A DNA stretch of 64,000 nt from Marsupella aquatica (GCA_973895155.1 OZ316897.1:16441938-16505937); one strand, 5' to 3'; numbered from the stretch's first letter, positions 1 through 14,782 are shown. The notes: generated from the letters alone by a model not told the origin. A program made the numbers and translations.

Positions 1-500
1 AAGTACGAATCAAGCTCCAAGCTGATGACAGGTGAGACATCAAAATCATCTTCTATCTAGCTGTATTCTCAAAGGTTTCCTCTGCTACGTAGTTCACTAT
101 ATATGTGTGACCACAATATAAGCAAATCCATAGCCAAAGAAGAAAACATCGGGAATTCCTGTTTTTGTTATCTAGTTGGACTGCAATTTTAGTAGTTTAA
201 TTGAATCGGTGTTCATGTTTTTCAGCTGGAAATTCTTGGGGAGGTTTGACGATCTCGAAGATGCAAAAAGGTTTCTTTCATTTCCGTACCAGTATGACTT
301 AACTCCTTTGACCTAGATATCAGCTTCCTTTCTTTCAGTACCTAGATGTGTTGCATGCACAGTTATTTAATAAAAAGAAACGCCTGCAGGCCGGAAGGTA
401 AGCTAATTAATATAGTGGTACTCTTTTGTGCAGATGGTACCAGATGGTATCAAGATGGTATCAGAGACAAGCAATTCAGCCTGAGCGGGAGCCAAGTTAG
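1..500 (+). CDS. Possible 3' exons of a gene with an AP2-like segment (partial, splice model uncertain)
   Basis: GT-AG joining of 1-31, 226-270 and 434-500 gives VRIKLQADDSWKFLGRFDDLEDAKRWYQ...*. FLGRFDDLEDAKR recalls the AP2 motif WLGTFDTAEEAAR. Confidence 0.3.
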
Positions 501-999
501 CCTCAAAGAACACCACATGCACTCAGAGATTGAACCTACCAGTTGGCTCAGAGCCACCTATTTTGAGGACGGTAGTGAGCAGGATTATTTGAATTATTGA
601 CTCTCTATGAACCTGTTTATTTGAATTGAGTTACGTGATTGTAGCCTAGTGTGATTCGATTGCCTAAATCACAACATTTCGAATCATATCAGACAAGAAA
701 CTTAATGAAGGCTTTCTAGTCAGAGGTGGATTCAACTACTATTGAGATTGTTTTTACCTCTGATTGGTCTTTGTTGAATACCAGAAAGTGCCGATGAAAT
801 TATGTTTCAAAGCCAGGGATTAAGTGACACGTACTATAAAGTAGATCGAGCATTACCCTGGATATTTTGGGACCCTCCATTTGAGAACTTTTTGAACCAC
901 TAGCACTATATCGATCTACTGAGTCAAATTAATATATTAGATGGAGCTTACATCTGCCTTAACGTACTTGATTCGGTTCTTAACAGTTTAGGTGCCTTA

Positions 1000-1870
1000 C
1001 ATAGTCTTGTATCCCAAGGTGTTGGTTAGGAGTCGTGTATACCAAAGGTACTGGTTCGGAGGGATCACTCCTAGCCAGTAGCATCAAGGTATGGTGTGTC
1101 TTCTTTCTACTACATCGGCTGTTTAGAGAGACAGCATAATTCCAACAGACAGTGTTGAAGGGATACATTCTCCAAATAATTTTTCGAGAATCTCAGATCT
1201 TTCACTCCCTAAACCCTACAAGTGCTCCCTTATGACAATCTAAATTCTTCGATGAGTACACACAACCTAATACATGAAAAGCTCGCCAAAGGTGAAATTC
1301 ACAAACGGAAACGAGTCTGGAAAGCATTGACGCATTGGGACTTGGATACTCTGCACTACTGCACTACGTCTCGAAATCTCCAGTTGCTTTTGCAGTAGCC
1401 ACTTACAGCAGTTGACCACCAAGATACGTGGGTGGGCCGGGGGTACGTTGGGAATGCTCCTATCTTGGTGCTCTTAGCTAGCTTCAAAAGATGCGAGTCT
1501 TGAGCATCGAGCAATCTAATAACCTTAATTACCTCTGGACAGCTAGCACTGTGGACTAAGGTAACAGTCCTGTATTTGTTCCTGTGCTCGAATTAGACTA
1601 GCTTCTGTTGTACCTTCTCTTCCTCTCTTCCTCCCTTGCTCCCTGCCTCCTGTCCCTCGATCTCTGCCTTACTTGCTAAATTAATGGCATTGTGTCAGAA
1701 TTCTTTGGCTTAGGTGGCTTTGCTGGGTCTCTTGCCTCCCTTCTGTGGCTTGGGGGCTGCTTGGTCAGTCTGGCTTGGCTCCAACTGTCACATGGGCTGG
1801 CGCTAAGAGAGAGAAGTTGACAGTGAGAGAGACTGACGAGAGTCCCTAGATAACTTGCTAGTGCACTTGT
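1000..1870 (-). mobile_element. Highly degraded LINE relic (ORF1 end / APE endonuclease start)
   Basis: Broken minus-strand peptides LASFSCIRL and LVGFRE*KI weakly resemble the endonuclease motifs xSWNVRGL and LQETK; many stops. Confidence 0.3.
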
Positions 1871-1888
1871 CTCCAACTGTCACATGTG

Positions 1889-2919
1889 CTTGGAAAAATG
1901 GTCACATGCGCCGGTAGGAAATAAAATTTGTCCTACCTTATGTGGGACTTTTATCTAGCTTGATGTTGGTGTTCTTAAATCATACTTACAAAAAAAGGAC
2001 AATCCTAGAAGATTTGTATTCTCTTTTGGTAATAAGTGGGTTTTTGCCAATTCTCTTGAGTTCAGACGAGAAATTGTGAATTTACCTACACACTAAAACT
2101 GCCCATAACTCTTCAACCTGAGCATCAATTTGGGCTAAAACATTGAGTCAATCAATGAATTGTAAATTTGCCTAACAGTATACAGTAACAATACAAGTTT
2201 CTTGTTCCTCTTCGGTCCTTGGAATGATTTTTTAACTTTATAAATATGCCAGCGACAAAAAACCCCACAGCAAGGGCAAACAAGCAGCCATAAGAGGCGC
2301 AGATGCGCCAGGCTTTAATCAGCATAAAAGAATTGTATCCCTTAGATAACCAAAGGCCATAAAAGAGACGCCATGACAATGATAAATGGGGGTAATGATA
2401 AATGACTGACATGGATGCTTGCACTCTATCTACAAAATGAAATTGCACAGAAAAGAAATCAAAGTCTGAACCCTAGTAAAAAAATTATAATCCACATATA
2501 TTAATCTTTTCTCCCTAGAGTTTTTCTTACTTGTTAAATTCCTAGATTCAAAGTGGGGAATATTCCCTATCATGTAAAGTGGGGTTGAGTGTGTTTAATT
2601 TACACACTTTGCGCTTTTCCCCACTTTAGTGTTAGCATGCTAGGGAAAAAGGCCCATAAGTGGGAGTTTTACCAACATGGGAGTGTGTCCATGCTGCCTT
2701 GTTTCAGGATTTGCTACATAACATACTGGGAAAATAATTCCCTGTAGCAACATGGGGGTTCCACTTCAAATCAGGACTAGGAGAAGCTCTTATTTTCAAA
2801 AGTGGAAATTTGTGCAATTCTACCACTTTGCGCGTTCTCCTACTTCTTTGTTGAAATGATAAGAGAAACCTCAGCAAAATGGGAGAATGTCCCACATGGG
2901 AAGGGGATAGATCCTTGTG
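1889..2919 (-). mobile_element. CACTA-type MITE family copy (inverted relative to 14199-14782, with about 0.5 kb extra internal sequence)
   Basis: 1890-2170 is the reverse complement of about 14510-14782; 2705-2919 is the reverse complement of about 14199-14410 and ends ...CCTTGTG. Confidence 0.8.
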
Positions 2920-3791
2920 CACCAATCATCACATTGTTGCCCACCAACTCCTATTCTAGACCCTTTGCGAGCTACAGGGTGTCCAAAGGGTGCAAGTTTT
3001 GGTACCCTAAGTAGTAGACTAAGTAGCTCACTAAGTAAGTGTTCATGGTAGTGCTTTGTCTCCAACTAATAAATTGAGCTTATCAACCCTTTAAGTAAGT
3101 TAGAATGATAATAAAAGAATACAAGCAACCATCAATTTTCTTCATCCATCGGTTCCTAGTGTGGGCAGGTTGAACTGCCTTTTGAAACTTGTACACAAAG
3201 TTCAGGACTACATACATTGCAACCGGGATTGCAACCGTTAGATGAGATCTAATGGTGATTTATGAGGACGTAGTAGGTAAGGTCCACAAGGAGAAATGGA
3301 CGCACTCCTACTTGGGGAAAGGTCCTACATAGCAATCCCTTTTCCCTACTTTAACAACAAAGAAGTGGGGAAACACGCCCTATCCGGGGAAATGGAACAA
3401 ACCCCACCACCCAAGGTTGGACTTTGCATGTATGTGGGAATCTTGATCTTTCACACAACCTCAAATTCCCCAACATAGAACTGGTAGACAAATGAAGTTT
3501 TCCCACCTTACACACCCTAGGATGGTGTTTTCATTTTCACAATGTTGTGCATGACTGTGGCATTTCCAGTTTAACCAGGTAGGAAAATAGAGCGCACAAC
3601 ATGAGGATAGGATATCAGAAAACGCCCACCAAAGATCCATACTTCGTGGAATAGACGGATTAGTTGCAGTGGCGCTCTCCTTGTTGGGCATGATTGGACT
3701 CATCATTAAGTCCTCATATGATTGCTCGTCTTCGACTGGAGCTTGTGAGTCAAAATCCGCAACAATCTGCCCTTGACACTTTGTTCTTATT

Positions 3792-5360
3792 CCTGGGCCC
3801 TTACCTTAGTAAAACTAAGGGTCGTGCGAACAACTCAAGGGTTTTTTAATCTGATTTTTAACTAATAATTATAATTTTTTATAATCTAACAACTCCTCTG
3901 GATTTGCTGTGCATGGTTATAATGAATGTACAGGTTTTAAAAAAGACAACCATAGTATTATGTCACAAGGGTGGTAAGTATTGGTGAGTCATGCATCATT
4001 ACCGGATTGGTCCACATGTCCCACCATGAGTTCTTTAGGGTTACTTTTCCATATAAACATATGCCTTCATTTGTGCTTGGGGGCCTCAATCCAAGGGGTG
4101 TCCCATATCACGCGCAAATAAATACCCTAAACTTAAGTCAATAAAGTTTTTTTCAGGAATTGTTTAACCCTAACTTAATGGAATATTCCCCAAATATGAT
4201 TTTAAAAAACCCTATGATTCTTATAATTCTTAAAATTGGATTAAAATAACCTTTATGTTCTTCACCAAAAATGTAAAAGTATTTCACTAAATCCAATTAA
4301 AAAACCATACTTATTCACGCTTCATGGGTTGGAAGAAAAGAAGTGAGGACCCCGGGAATTTGTGCCTATAGTAAGGGAATTTGGGGAAATATTTTGGACA
4401 GTTGGGATTTGGGTTCAGGTAAATAAATTCTCAAATTGGCTTCTTATCTTACTATAGAGAATGTGTTTAAGTTTAATACCTGGTTTTGACTGTCATCCAG
4501 TGTTCAGTTTGCTTTCTATGCAAATTAACCCATGAGTCTCCCTAAAGTGTTGATGAGTATGCAGTTTTTTGTTATTTAGGATGAAAGTTGTTTTGACTGG
4601 TTATGGTGCTTTGTAGAGGTTCAACTAAGAAGTGTATGGCCTTGTAGGCCCCAAAGAAGGATGAGGTCAAGTGACCAACAAAAGCATTCAAGGCATGTTG
4701 TCTTTGATGGGGATTCTAAAATGTCACAAGCAATCTAGAGAGAGTGCCTCAAGCCAAACAGGAGGCCAAAGTCACTTAAGTATCATGTACCTTGGTGAAG
4801 ATTTATCAGTTCTAGTGAAGAGAAATAATTGGTTTAGATCATGTAGTATGTTTTTGAATGCTTTAGACTCAAAGGATATTTGTCCTGTGAAAGATAATGT
4901 GTTCAATAAACTGAGGGGCTAAGTGCAATGTGTCTTGGGTTACAGTTTCCATAGATGATATTGTAGAATGTTTCCAACTTTAATCTGGACACTTGCATGA
5001 GTTTGTTTGACTCTTATATGTCTTGACTCCTACCTTCTTGCAAGGAAGTGTGTACGAAAAAGTTATGTTATTCTTGATTTTGCTTCTAATAATGTGAAAT
5101 ATAATGTGCATTCCAATCTTTTCAACTAAGATTCTCTTTAACAATATTTTTTTTTATAACACTTGAAGGGCATGTGGTATCTTTGTGGTGATGATTATAA
5201 TATCCCAAAGGGCTTTCTTAATGTCCCAAAATAATTTATTAATATTAATAAGAGTTTTTTAAAAAGGCAAAAAATAGTATTGAAAGGTTTTGGAGTGGGG
5301 GCCGTTCACAGGTGGGTTGCATCAATATTAGGGTTAATATACACAGAGTGAGGGCCCAGG
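3792..5360. mobile_element. Non-autonomous TIR-like element with CCTGGGCCCT...AGGGCCCAGG ends
   Basis: 10-bp inverted ends; 3792-4060 and 4360-4420 are homologous to 43961-44290. No clear TSD. Confidence 0.5.
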
Positions 5361-5901
5361 GAAAGTGTCTTGATTGATCTTGGCCATCTCATTGATACTT
5401 GGACAAAGAAATTAACCTCACTAAACCCTAAACCCTGCCACTGAGAGCTCCAAAAGTTCAGCCCAATAAGTAAATTTCTAGGGGGAAAGTCTTGAAATTT
5501 TACACCTACTCTATGATCTTACCTTTCTACCCCCCATTGTAGAACCTGAGATACTTACATACAGTCATTGGAATACTTCTGTTTTTGCTGTACCACATTT
5601 ACCCAAGTACCCATTTATTACTAAGACATGTCATCCTACTTATACTAAGCGTAAGTCCTACTTATACTAAGCTAGTCATATATACAATGTCGGGTATTTA
5701 CCATTATTATTTCACCATGCAAATCCAGGCATCACATAGCTTCACACTTAATTCTAAAGCGTCATTGCAAACCACTTGAACATCCTCACATGTGCATCAT
5801 GTAGTATCTCTTTAGACAATCATAAGTGTACTTGAACAAGGTGAATCTCACTAATGATGTTGGCTAACTGTGCCCAACCCATATGTGAACATCATATATC
5901 T

Positions 5902-6248
5902 GGTGGAAAGCAAGATTGAGGGGTACCAAAGGAGGTAATCAAGACTAAGGACAATCACTTTTGAAGGATTTAAGGAAAGGACAAAAATATCATTAAAATA
6001 TGGTTGAATACCCTCCCCAAAAGGTTGGACACACTTCCACAAGGTTGGGGGCACTTCCAACAATGTTGTGCACACTTCCAAACACTTGGCAAGCAAGATC
6101 TAACCTTTAAATTTTGTCCAAGCAATCCTAACCATTCCATGTCACATTTTGGTCATTATTAAATATTCTTGGAATAAGTACAAGGAGTATATCCTTTTAG
6201 TGGAGAATATGGCATACTTTTCAATACCCCTCAAGCTTGCTTTTGACC
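5902..6248. mobile_element. MITE, imperfect 25-bp TIRs, 4-bp TSD ATCT (same family as 43428-43816)
   Basis: Ends GGTGGAAAGCAAGATTGAGGGGTAC / ATACCCCTCAAGCTTGCTTTTGACC; ATCT at 5898-5901 and 6249-6252; internal CACACTTCCA repeats shared with the other copy. Confidence 0.85.
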
Positions 6249-7242
6249 ATCTCCACCTTGAATGGTCCAAGCCAGCAAGCACTAAGTTTTCCTAGAACCT
6301 TAACATACCTACTGTTGTTGAGTAGCATTAAATCACCTATCTTAATGCTTACCAGGTTTAAATGCTTGTCATATTGCACTTTCATTATTGCTTGTGGAGA
6401 TGCAAGTTGTTTCCCCAGGGTCCTCATTTCTTTTCATCCAACCCATCACACACAAATAAGTATAGATTTTTTTATTGCATTTAGTGAAAGACTTTTAAAT
6501 TTTTGTTGAAAAATATTAGGGTTGTTTTAATCTAGTTTTGAGAATTACAAGAATCAAAGGTTTTAAAACCAAATTTAAGAATACTCTAGGAATATTCCAT
6601 TAAGTTAAGGATAACAAAATTAAAAAAAACTTTATTGACTGAAGTTTTAGGGTGTTTATTCCCCCCAAACTTTGCGTGTGATATGAGAAACCCCTTAGTT
6701 GGATTAAACCTCTTGGAGTGAGGCCCCTGAGGTTGTTTCACAGCAATCAACCTTGCTTCCTCCAATATATGCTTCCAATTTAAACACACACTTCTCTGCA
6801 CTTCCTTTGTCCAATAGTTGGGTATCAATAGTAGCCCAATATGTAGGTACTTCCAACTCAATGGTACCAAGGCATCCTGACCAAACATCAGAAAGTAAGG
6901 TGCTCTACCTGTAATCAGTTTGTGTGCTAAATTATAAGCAAAAACCGTAGATAACAACTTGGCATCCCAATCTGTTTTGTTCATTTGTTTTGTTTAGTGC
7001 ATTAGTCTTTTTTAGTCGGAATCTTCCCAATAATTCTGTTTGCTCTTTTGGTACGTCAATCCATTAACCTTTGGATGATATGGAGTGGTAGGTCGATGGC
7101 GCACTAAGTACCTTTCATTCAGTCGGCCTATGATATGGTTTAGGAAATGGGTTCTTCTGTCTCTTACTAATTCCAGAGGTGCCCCATATCTTGTAAAAAT
7201 TGAGAGTGTAAACATCATCAGGGCCAGGGCCATGGTAAACAC
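6249..7242 (-). mobile_element. Ty3/Gypsy integrase relic (frameshifted)
   Basis: Fragments IFTRYGAPLELVRDRRTHF...TTPYHPKVNG, DWDAKLLSTVFAYN...GRAPYFLMFGQ and KIGDLMLL...KLSACWLGPFKV (GPF motif), in different frames. Confidence 0.85.
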
Positions 7243-8699
7243 AGGTGCCTGGCAATGATGGCTTGTAGCTAGCTAGTTGCACCATTGCCATCACCTGCGC
7301 TACCATTGCCATGGCCTGCAACTGTGTAGATAGTAACTAAAAACTGCTACAACTACTAGTTTGTCTTATTAAAATTCTGGATATACCTTGCTATTGATAA
7401 TTACTTACTATTATTGATTTATGGTTGCTATTATTGATGGTTACTGGACTAGGCATCTTCATTGTTTGGCTGGTTCATCTGCAGCGGCTGCGGCTGGTAC
7501 TCTAGGTTTGCTAATGACCATATTGCCTGAACCAATTTGTGTATGAGCTCCAGCTCTTCTGTCTCCTTCTTCGACAAGGCTCGATTACAATTGATGATTG
7601 CCACAAGTTTAAACCAGCAAACAAGGGTTTGAATTGAATCAAGTGTGGTGAAACTCATTCCCTCAGTGCAAGCTGCTACCATATCTTTGAGTTATTTTCT
7701 TGCTTGACGCATACATAAAAGTCTGTATTTGGCTACATGGCAGGATTATACCAGTGTTTTTTAATTGCACCACGTCCATCAGGCAAGAGTGAAGAATATC
7801 CAAAAAGACTCCGACAGACTGGCCACTACAAGGAACGAAACCCTAATTTCCTGGAAACTCATTGGCTGATTGAAGTGGGCTACCAGTTGTCTTCAAAGAC
7901 TTTTTGCGTGACAGCAACGTCTTGGGCTACGTGGCAGCATACCACTGGCTTGTAGCTAGTTGCACCATTTTCACTAGGGGAGAAGAGTGGAAAATAAGGC
8001 AGGTTTGGCATTTGGTCGAACCACTGAATCCTGAATGAAGCCTGTTACTTGAAGGGTATTTAAGAGCCATCCTTGAAGGGATTTTGAGAAGATCGTTTAC
8101 CTTTCAGGCAGATTGCGGTCAAAGGGCGAGTGCAGGTGTTGTCGCTTTCAGGTTTGAGGCATCTACGAAGGGTAGTTCCACTGGCTTAGTGCGGTCATGC
8201 ATCATTGCATACTTCTGTTTCTGTTGAATCTCATGCTCTGAAAGGACTACTGCGCAGCAGTTTTTCCCTTCTAGGGCTTGAAAGCCTTCACATTTCAGAC
8301 AGATTGCGTCGTGAAAGGTCAGAAGACCAGGGCGGGTGAAGTGTGAGTGCGTTTCAGCACATTTTGTAGCTGTTAGGTATATATGAGCCTCTACGAAGAG
8401 TAGTTCCTCTGGTTTAGTAGGCACAGTTTGTAGCTAGCTGTCAGGTATGAGCCATCTACAAAGAGTCGTTCCTCTGGTTTAGTATGGTCACACACAATTG
8501 CAGACTTCTGCTTCTATTGGATCTCATTCCCTTAATAAGGACTGCACTCCAGTTTTCCATCTAGTGCTTTGAAGATATTGTGTTTTTAGCTGGTGGAATT
8601 GAACTCTCTTTCTTTGTATTGTCTGTACCTCATGGTGAGCGGCTTGTAGCTAGCTAGGCTGTTGTTTGACCATTTAAAACTTACTCTAATTTTCTTGAC

Positions 8700-8930
8700 T
8701 CATTTTCTCAGATCGGGTACAGAATGGCCATGAATAGTTCGCTACGTTTCTCCTTGGATGTGAAATTCCAGGGGACAGTCCGTGCTACGAGTTGGAAGGC
8801 GGAGTCGTCCAGACACACTTTCCTTTCAGGAACAAGGAATCGAACCAATCAGCCAAGGTTTCTACAGGAAGCAAGGGCAACAATGAAATCAGCTGCCGCT
8901 CCTCTATCTACAAGAGAGCACGATTACTTT
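8700..8930 (-). mobile_element. Retrotransposon aspartic protease relic
   Basis: Minus strand reads SLVDRGAAADFI, matching retropepsin LxD(S/T)GAxxNFI; same orientation as, and upstream of, the integrase relic. Confidence 0.5.
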
Positions 8931-11900
8931 ACAGAGGAAAGGAACTACCAAGGAGACGTGTTCAACCTTCAGTCATTACTGGGGGAACAGGTCTCGATGT
9001 GTGGCTTGCCGGGCGGGGCCCACTCTCCCTAGCAACCAGGATCCATCTGAGGGTAACAGATTTTCTTAATTTTGTTGCAAACTGATCCAGCTACATTGCT
9101 GATCAACATATTCCGTCCTTCAGGCTTTTTCTCGTTCACTTAACTGGACAGCGATTATTTCCCTCACAAATTTGATCCATCTTATATGTTTATCCTTTGT
9201 TGGATCCTTTGTTTCCTTACATCTACTTCGGCAGTTGACTTTCCGTTGCATTTCTTAACCGATGTTTGAAATTGTGCATTCTCTGCCTACCTTCTTCAAG
9301 TTACTTATTATGTACGACACAATTCATAGTGTTGAGGGGGCTATGATCGACTGTAATCCTGGAGGGGGTTTCAAATCCTAGTGCCAAAAAGGCCATAGAT
9401 TGTAGATACTAACCTCTAGTGTCATTTTGCCCTATTTTGGGCCCCATCACAAACTTTTACGGACCGTAGTTTCATAACCCTGGAGCCAGGCTGGCTTGGC
9501 CAAGGGGTTCAATTCAAGGTTTAGGTCACAGCAATGCGGTACTTTCTGTACTTTCCGTTACCCGACCCCGTCTTTTGTCAACTAGGAGATGATCGAAGCT
9601 AGTTGACGTACATCCTAGCAGATCCTCTCTCTTCAACTGCCTTTAATTGTCAATTGCACTGTAGTGCCTAGCATGAGGTGAACGAATTGAATAGTAGGTG
9701 ATAGCTTCAAGTGTCAGCCGTTAACACCTAGTTGGGAGATGGATGATATATTGCAAATGTCGGATTGAAATCGCAAGTATGCATTTTGGTGATTCTTGCC
9801 ACATGCAAAGTAAGAAAGAGCATGCGGCCACTGTATCCTTGGCTTACCAGTAAGTTTACCAGCATTCACTTCCCACTGCTGATAACAGTCTTTAGGGCCG
9901 AACCCCAGTCCACCTCATGATCTTAAGCTGATGGAAACTCATTACGTACTGGCTGCATGCGTGTTTGCATGAGCTTCTGCTGGCTTCTCGAATTGGGGCA
10001 GTACATCTCTTTCGAAGCGTTCTGGTTGATTCGGACAAGTCAGCTGTGAATGCCTATGCTTCCAGCGATTTTAGAATATTTTCATCTTTGCTAACATGAG
10101 TATTTGGCTAGTCTGGATCTGGATCTGGCTCCACCATTTATCTCGGCAAATGATCATTTCACATAAATCCTTAGATACTCGATCTCCAATGCCATCCATC
10201 GTAGGTTGCACCTGGCTGTTCAAGCCCCATCCTCATCCTCATCCTGACTAGCTAGACTCCATGCACAACTTACACAAATTCCTCCTAGAAAGCAATCCAA
10301 ATAACAAAAAACAGAATAACCAGATTGGGTTGAGATTTGAATGTTTGTTTTATCTGTTAATTAGTAGGATAAGTTATGAATGTCATATCTATCTGTTGAG
10401 CAGGGTGAGTGTTTTTTATTTATTTCTGCTTTTGTCATATTGATATCCTAACCGCCCCAGGGTAAGTAATCCAGGGGTTTGTTTTGGTCTATTAATTTAT
10501 GTTCCTAGTTAGGGCATGGATGTCGTATGTACCCATCCGATGTCATCAAATTAATAGACTGTTAGTTTTGTTCTGTATTTTGGTTGTTGCATAGGTTGTG
10601 GATGTCATACCTATCTGATGATATCCATACGGATCTCATGGAACTGTTTAATTGATACCTGTCTCCTGCAGATAAAAAACAATTTTTGGATGCATGCAAG
10701 AAGGGTAATCTTGTGCCTCTATATAGGAAGATCTTCTCAGATCAACTTACACCTGTGTTAGCATATAGATGCCTTGTAAAGGAGGACGAGAGAGACTCTC
10801 AAAGTTTCCTGTTTGAAGCCATAGAGCAGGGAAAGACTTCAGATTATGAGGTGAGTGATATTATTAGCTAGTCCAGAGCAATAAGAGTCCTTTGATCATA
10901 ACTTATAGAGGCTAGATCGAGGAGAGATAATTAAGATCGTTGGTCTTTTTTATTGTGCAATTCGAATCTAAGGGACGAACTAGAATAAAGTATTGCATGC
11001 AAATGTTTCGGAAACGTGTTTTTCAAAGATAGGCCATGCAAGAGTTTTGCTCATGCACTGTATCAAGGCATCTCTCGAAAAAACCATTTCTGCTAGAGAG
11101 AAATCTCACAGGGCACCAGTATGCTCTGAGTGTTCCAGATACCCAAATTCACTAGCAGATACTGAATGTGCTCATGATATTTCTTCCAGGGAAGATTCAG
11201 CTCACTGGGAACTCGGCCTGTACTGGAGATCATTGCCAAACAAAACAATGTCACCGTTCTCAATCATGCTGAAGTCTCAAGGGAGGAAAAAACTGTTGAG
11301 GACCCCATGAGTGAACCTGAAGTTTTGTCTTCTCAGTGGAAGCCTGTGAAGGTGGATGGCATTCCCGATACGTTCTGTGGTAATCCTATGCAAACCCGAT
11401 ATCTATTTTTGCTCTCGATATTCTAGTACTAACTAGGAAGCACACCAAAGTAGGCCTTCGGGTTATTCTTATCTTTGCCTCTTGGTCCTTATCTTAGCCC
11501 TGCCACTTCTGTATTTCATTTAATTTCTTCTCGTAGTCTTCTTACTATTAATTACTAACCAGGAGTCACACAGCCTTTGGCTCTGATTTGAAAATATGTA
11601 GAGAATGAGATCATTTACCTTTCAATCCTTTTCAAAATTTTCAGGTGGTTGGGTTGGTTATTTTTCATACGATACCATGAGATATGTGGAGAGCAAGAAG
11701 CTACCGTTCGCAACTGCGCCAGAAGATGACAGAGGCTTACCTGATATTCATTTAGGCCTATACACGGATGTTGTAGTTTTTGATCATGTCTATAAGGTGA
11801 TTTGCCACTTCCCACTTACTGCTACTATATTTAATTTTGCTAAAAAACATACATGGTAGTCCATTAGATTATCGAGTCTGTCTTGTCTTCTATTAAACTG

Positions 11901-14198
11901 CAGTATATATGTCAACAGTTTTTTCATTGTTGAAAGAGGAGCTTGGGGGAGGCGGCATGAAAGTTTAAGATTTCTAAGACTTTTCATTACCATCAAAAGT
12001 TTGTTGTTAAATAGCAAATATTGGGTTTCTGTTGTGCACAAACTTGAAGGTTGTATATGCCGTACATTGGGTACAATTGGACAGCTTCCAAAGTGCAAAC
12101 CAAGCATACCAGGATGGTAAAACGAAGTTGGATCAGCTTGTAGACCGACTTCAAGCTCAGAGGTATCAAACTAACGTACAAGTCAGTGGCATGTATCAAA
12201 GTTGAGTTCTCTGAGCTGCACTCCACATCTATATTGCCTTTTAGAACAGAAGTGTAGGTGAGGCTATATATGAACTAACATGAAGACTCATCCTGACATA
12301 TTGAAAGATTCGTGCTGCGATCTGGCTTTTCAGGCCAAAACTTCTATCAGGGACAGTGGACATGAAAATTGGAAATTTGTGGAAGCCTGGTCAAGGTTCG
12401 AATATGACTGAGGAGGAGTATAAGGCTAAAGTCATGGTTGCCAAAGAACACATCATGGCTGGCGATATTTTCCAGATTGTTCTCAGCCAGAGGTTTGAGC
12501 GACGTACAACAGCTGATCCTTTTGAAGTATTCCGTTCGTTAAGGGTTGTTAATCCCAGCCCCTACATGATATATTTGCAGGTTTGCCTCTAGTCTTGAGA
12601 GCACAACTTGGAGATCTTCCTTAGATAGCTGTACAATATTACTGTAAAGCTATTGGTAATACTATAGTTCCACCTTGTGTTATATTAACTGTTTAGTTGG
12701 GACTGGTGATCTATGTGTCACTGATGATCACTCCACACATTGGACTTATTCTTAGAAATTGCAGTACGTAAAAGCAGGCTGTGACAATCCTGACGAGGGT
12801 TACTAACCTACTGAGAGATATGAACATGCACGTAATACTTGCTGGTTCTCAGATCCATATTAGTCCTGTTCAAGTATATGTACATGTGTCATTTCCTCTA
12901 GCTGTGATGTTCAATATGATTTCATGCACTGTGAAGACAGCTATTGAGCACCGCGCTTAAATACTAATTCTTATGGTTTTACAGGCACAAGGATCAACTT
13001 TGGTAGGTGCAAGTCCTGAAATTCTTACTAGGATTGTCAAGGTAAGTACGTACTTACATTGTGACAGTATAATGCCTTCAATAATTTGAATTAAATCTCC
13101 AGACCTTATCCAGATCCGTTGTGTTTCAACTGTTACATCTATAATTTATTGATCACACCGGATCTGAACAGTGCTCTTATTGTAATTGTTTTTACTTAGG
13201 GAAAAGTGGTCAATAGGCCTCTTGCCGGAACCAGGAGAAGAGGAAAGACCCTTCTAGAGGACCAGCTCCTCGAAAAGGACCTTCTTGAAGACAAGAAAGA
13301 AGTAGCAGAACATGTCATGTTGGTGGATCTTGGGAGGAATGATGTCGGAAAGGTACGTATAAATATGGAGTGCTCTTTAACGTTACTTTGGCTGGACTAT
13401 GGCTTCGACCAACCAAAGTTACATGTCTCACTATTAAAGAAAAATCTCGGGATATGTACCTTAATTTATGAGTGTCTGTGTTCTTCATACATGGTTCAGG
13501 TTTCCAAGCCCGGATCAGTAAAGGTGGAAATGCTCATGGACGTTGAGCGCTACTCTCATGTGATGCACTTGAGCTCTACTGTAAGTACTTCGCTTGAAGT
13601 GCATGTCTTTCAGTTAATTCGATCGTTTCTGCAAAACACTCTGTTTGTGATGCAGGAAGGTGCGCGCCTGAACCAAGCAATTATGCATAGTCTGCTGCAT
13701 CGATCAAGTCGGGAATACACTATATAGCATAAGAGTATATTGCAGTACTTGATGCTCTTTCGAGACCTTGAACTGTTCTGTCAGATCTAGGTTGGAAGTA
13801 TTGGTATTAGGCTCTCCCTATTTGTTTCCTATGGCTCAGTTAGACTTTAATCACAAGTTTTGGGACAGGTCACAGGTGATCTTAAGGAGGACGTGACTCC
13901 CTGGGATGCATTGAGGGCTGCACTTCCTGTTGGAACTGTCAGTGGAGCACCTAAGGTACTGGAACTAAAAGTGCGCCGAATCATTTTATCTTACAGATAA
14001 TGACTGTCTCAATTTATTTGGCAAAGTACTCCCTCTACATATATCAAGCTCGACTAGCAGTTTAGCTGAAATTCTATTTCAAACATTCATTTAATTAGAC
14101 AATGCCTTCAATTTGACTCTGTTGTTAATTCATTGATCTATCAGAACAGCAATAAACATGTGGGTTTTATGGTTATATGATTGGACGTAGGTCAGGGC

Positions 14199-14782
14199 CA
14201 CAAGGCAGATCTATCCCCTTCCCGTGTGGGACATACTCCCATTTTCTTGAGGTTTCTCCTATGATTTTAACAAATAAGTAGGAGAACGCGCAAAGTGGTA
14301 GAATTGCACACATTCCCACTTCTGAAAATAGGAGCTTCTCCTAGTTTTGATTTAAAGTGGGACCCCACGTTGGAATTAAATTTCCCAGTATGTTATGTAG
14401 TAATTCCTGAGGATATCTTTGGGTACTTTTAATAGTTTTAAGTGGAACAAGGCACGTGTATTGTTTATGTAGACTGTTAGGTAATGATTCATGCATCATT
14501 ACCCATTTAGAATTCATTGACACAATTTTTACAGCCCAAATTGATGCTCTGGTTGAAGATTTATGAGCAGTTTTAGTGTTTCTAGGTAAGTATACAAATT
14601 CCAGTCTGAACACAAGAGAATTGGCAAAAACCCACTTATTACCAAAGGAAAATACAAATACTCTACTATTGTCTTTTTTGTAAGTAGGATTTAAGAACAC
14701 CAATAACAAACTAGGTAAAAGTCACACATAAGGTAGGATAAATTTGATTTCCGACAAGGGCACGTGACAGTTTTTCCCTGTG
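14199..14782. mobile_element. 584-bp CACTA/CMC-type non-autonomous element inside the last ASA exon
   Basis: Termini CACAAGG...CCCTGTG; 3-bp TSD GGC at 14196-14198 and 14783-14785; removal restores GTC AGG GCC ATG (VRAM). Confidence 0.9.
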
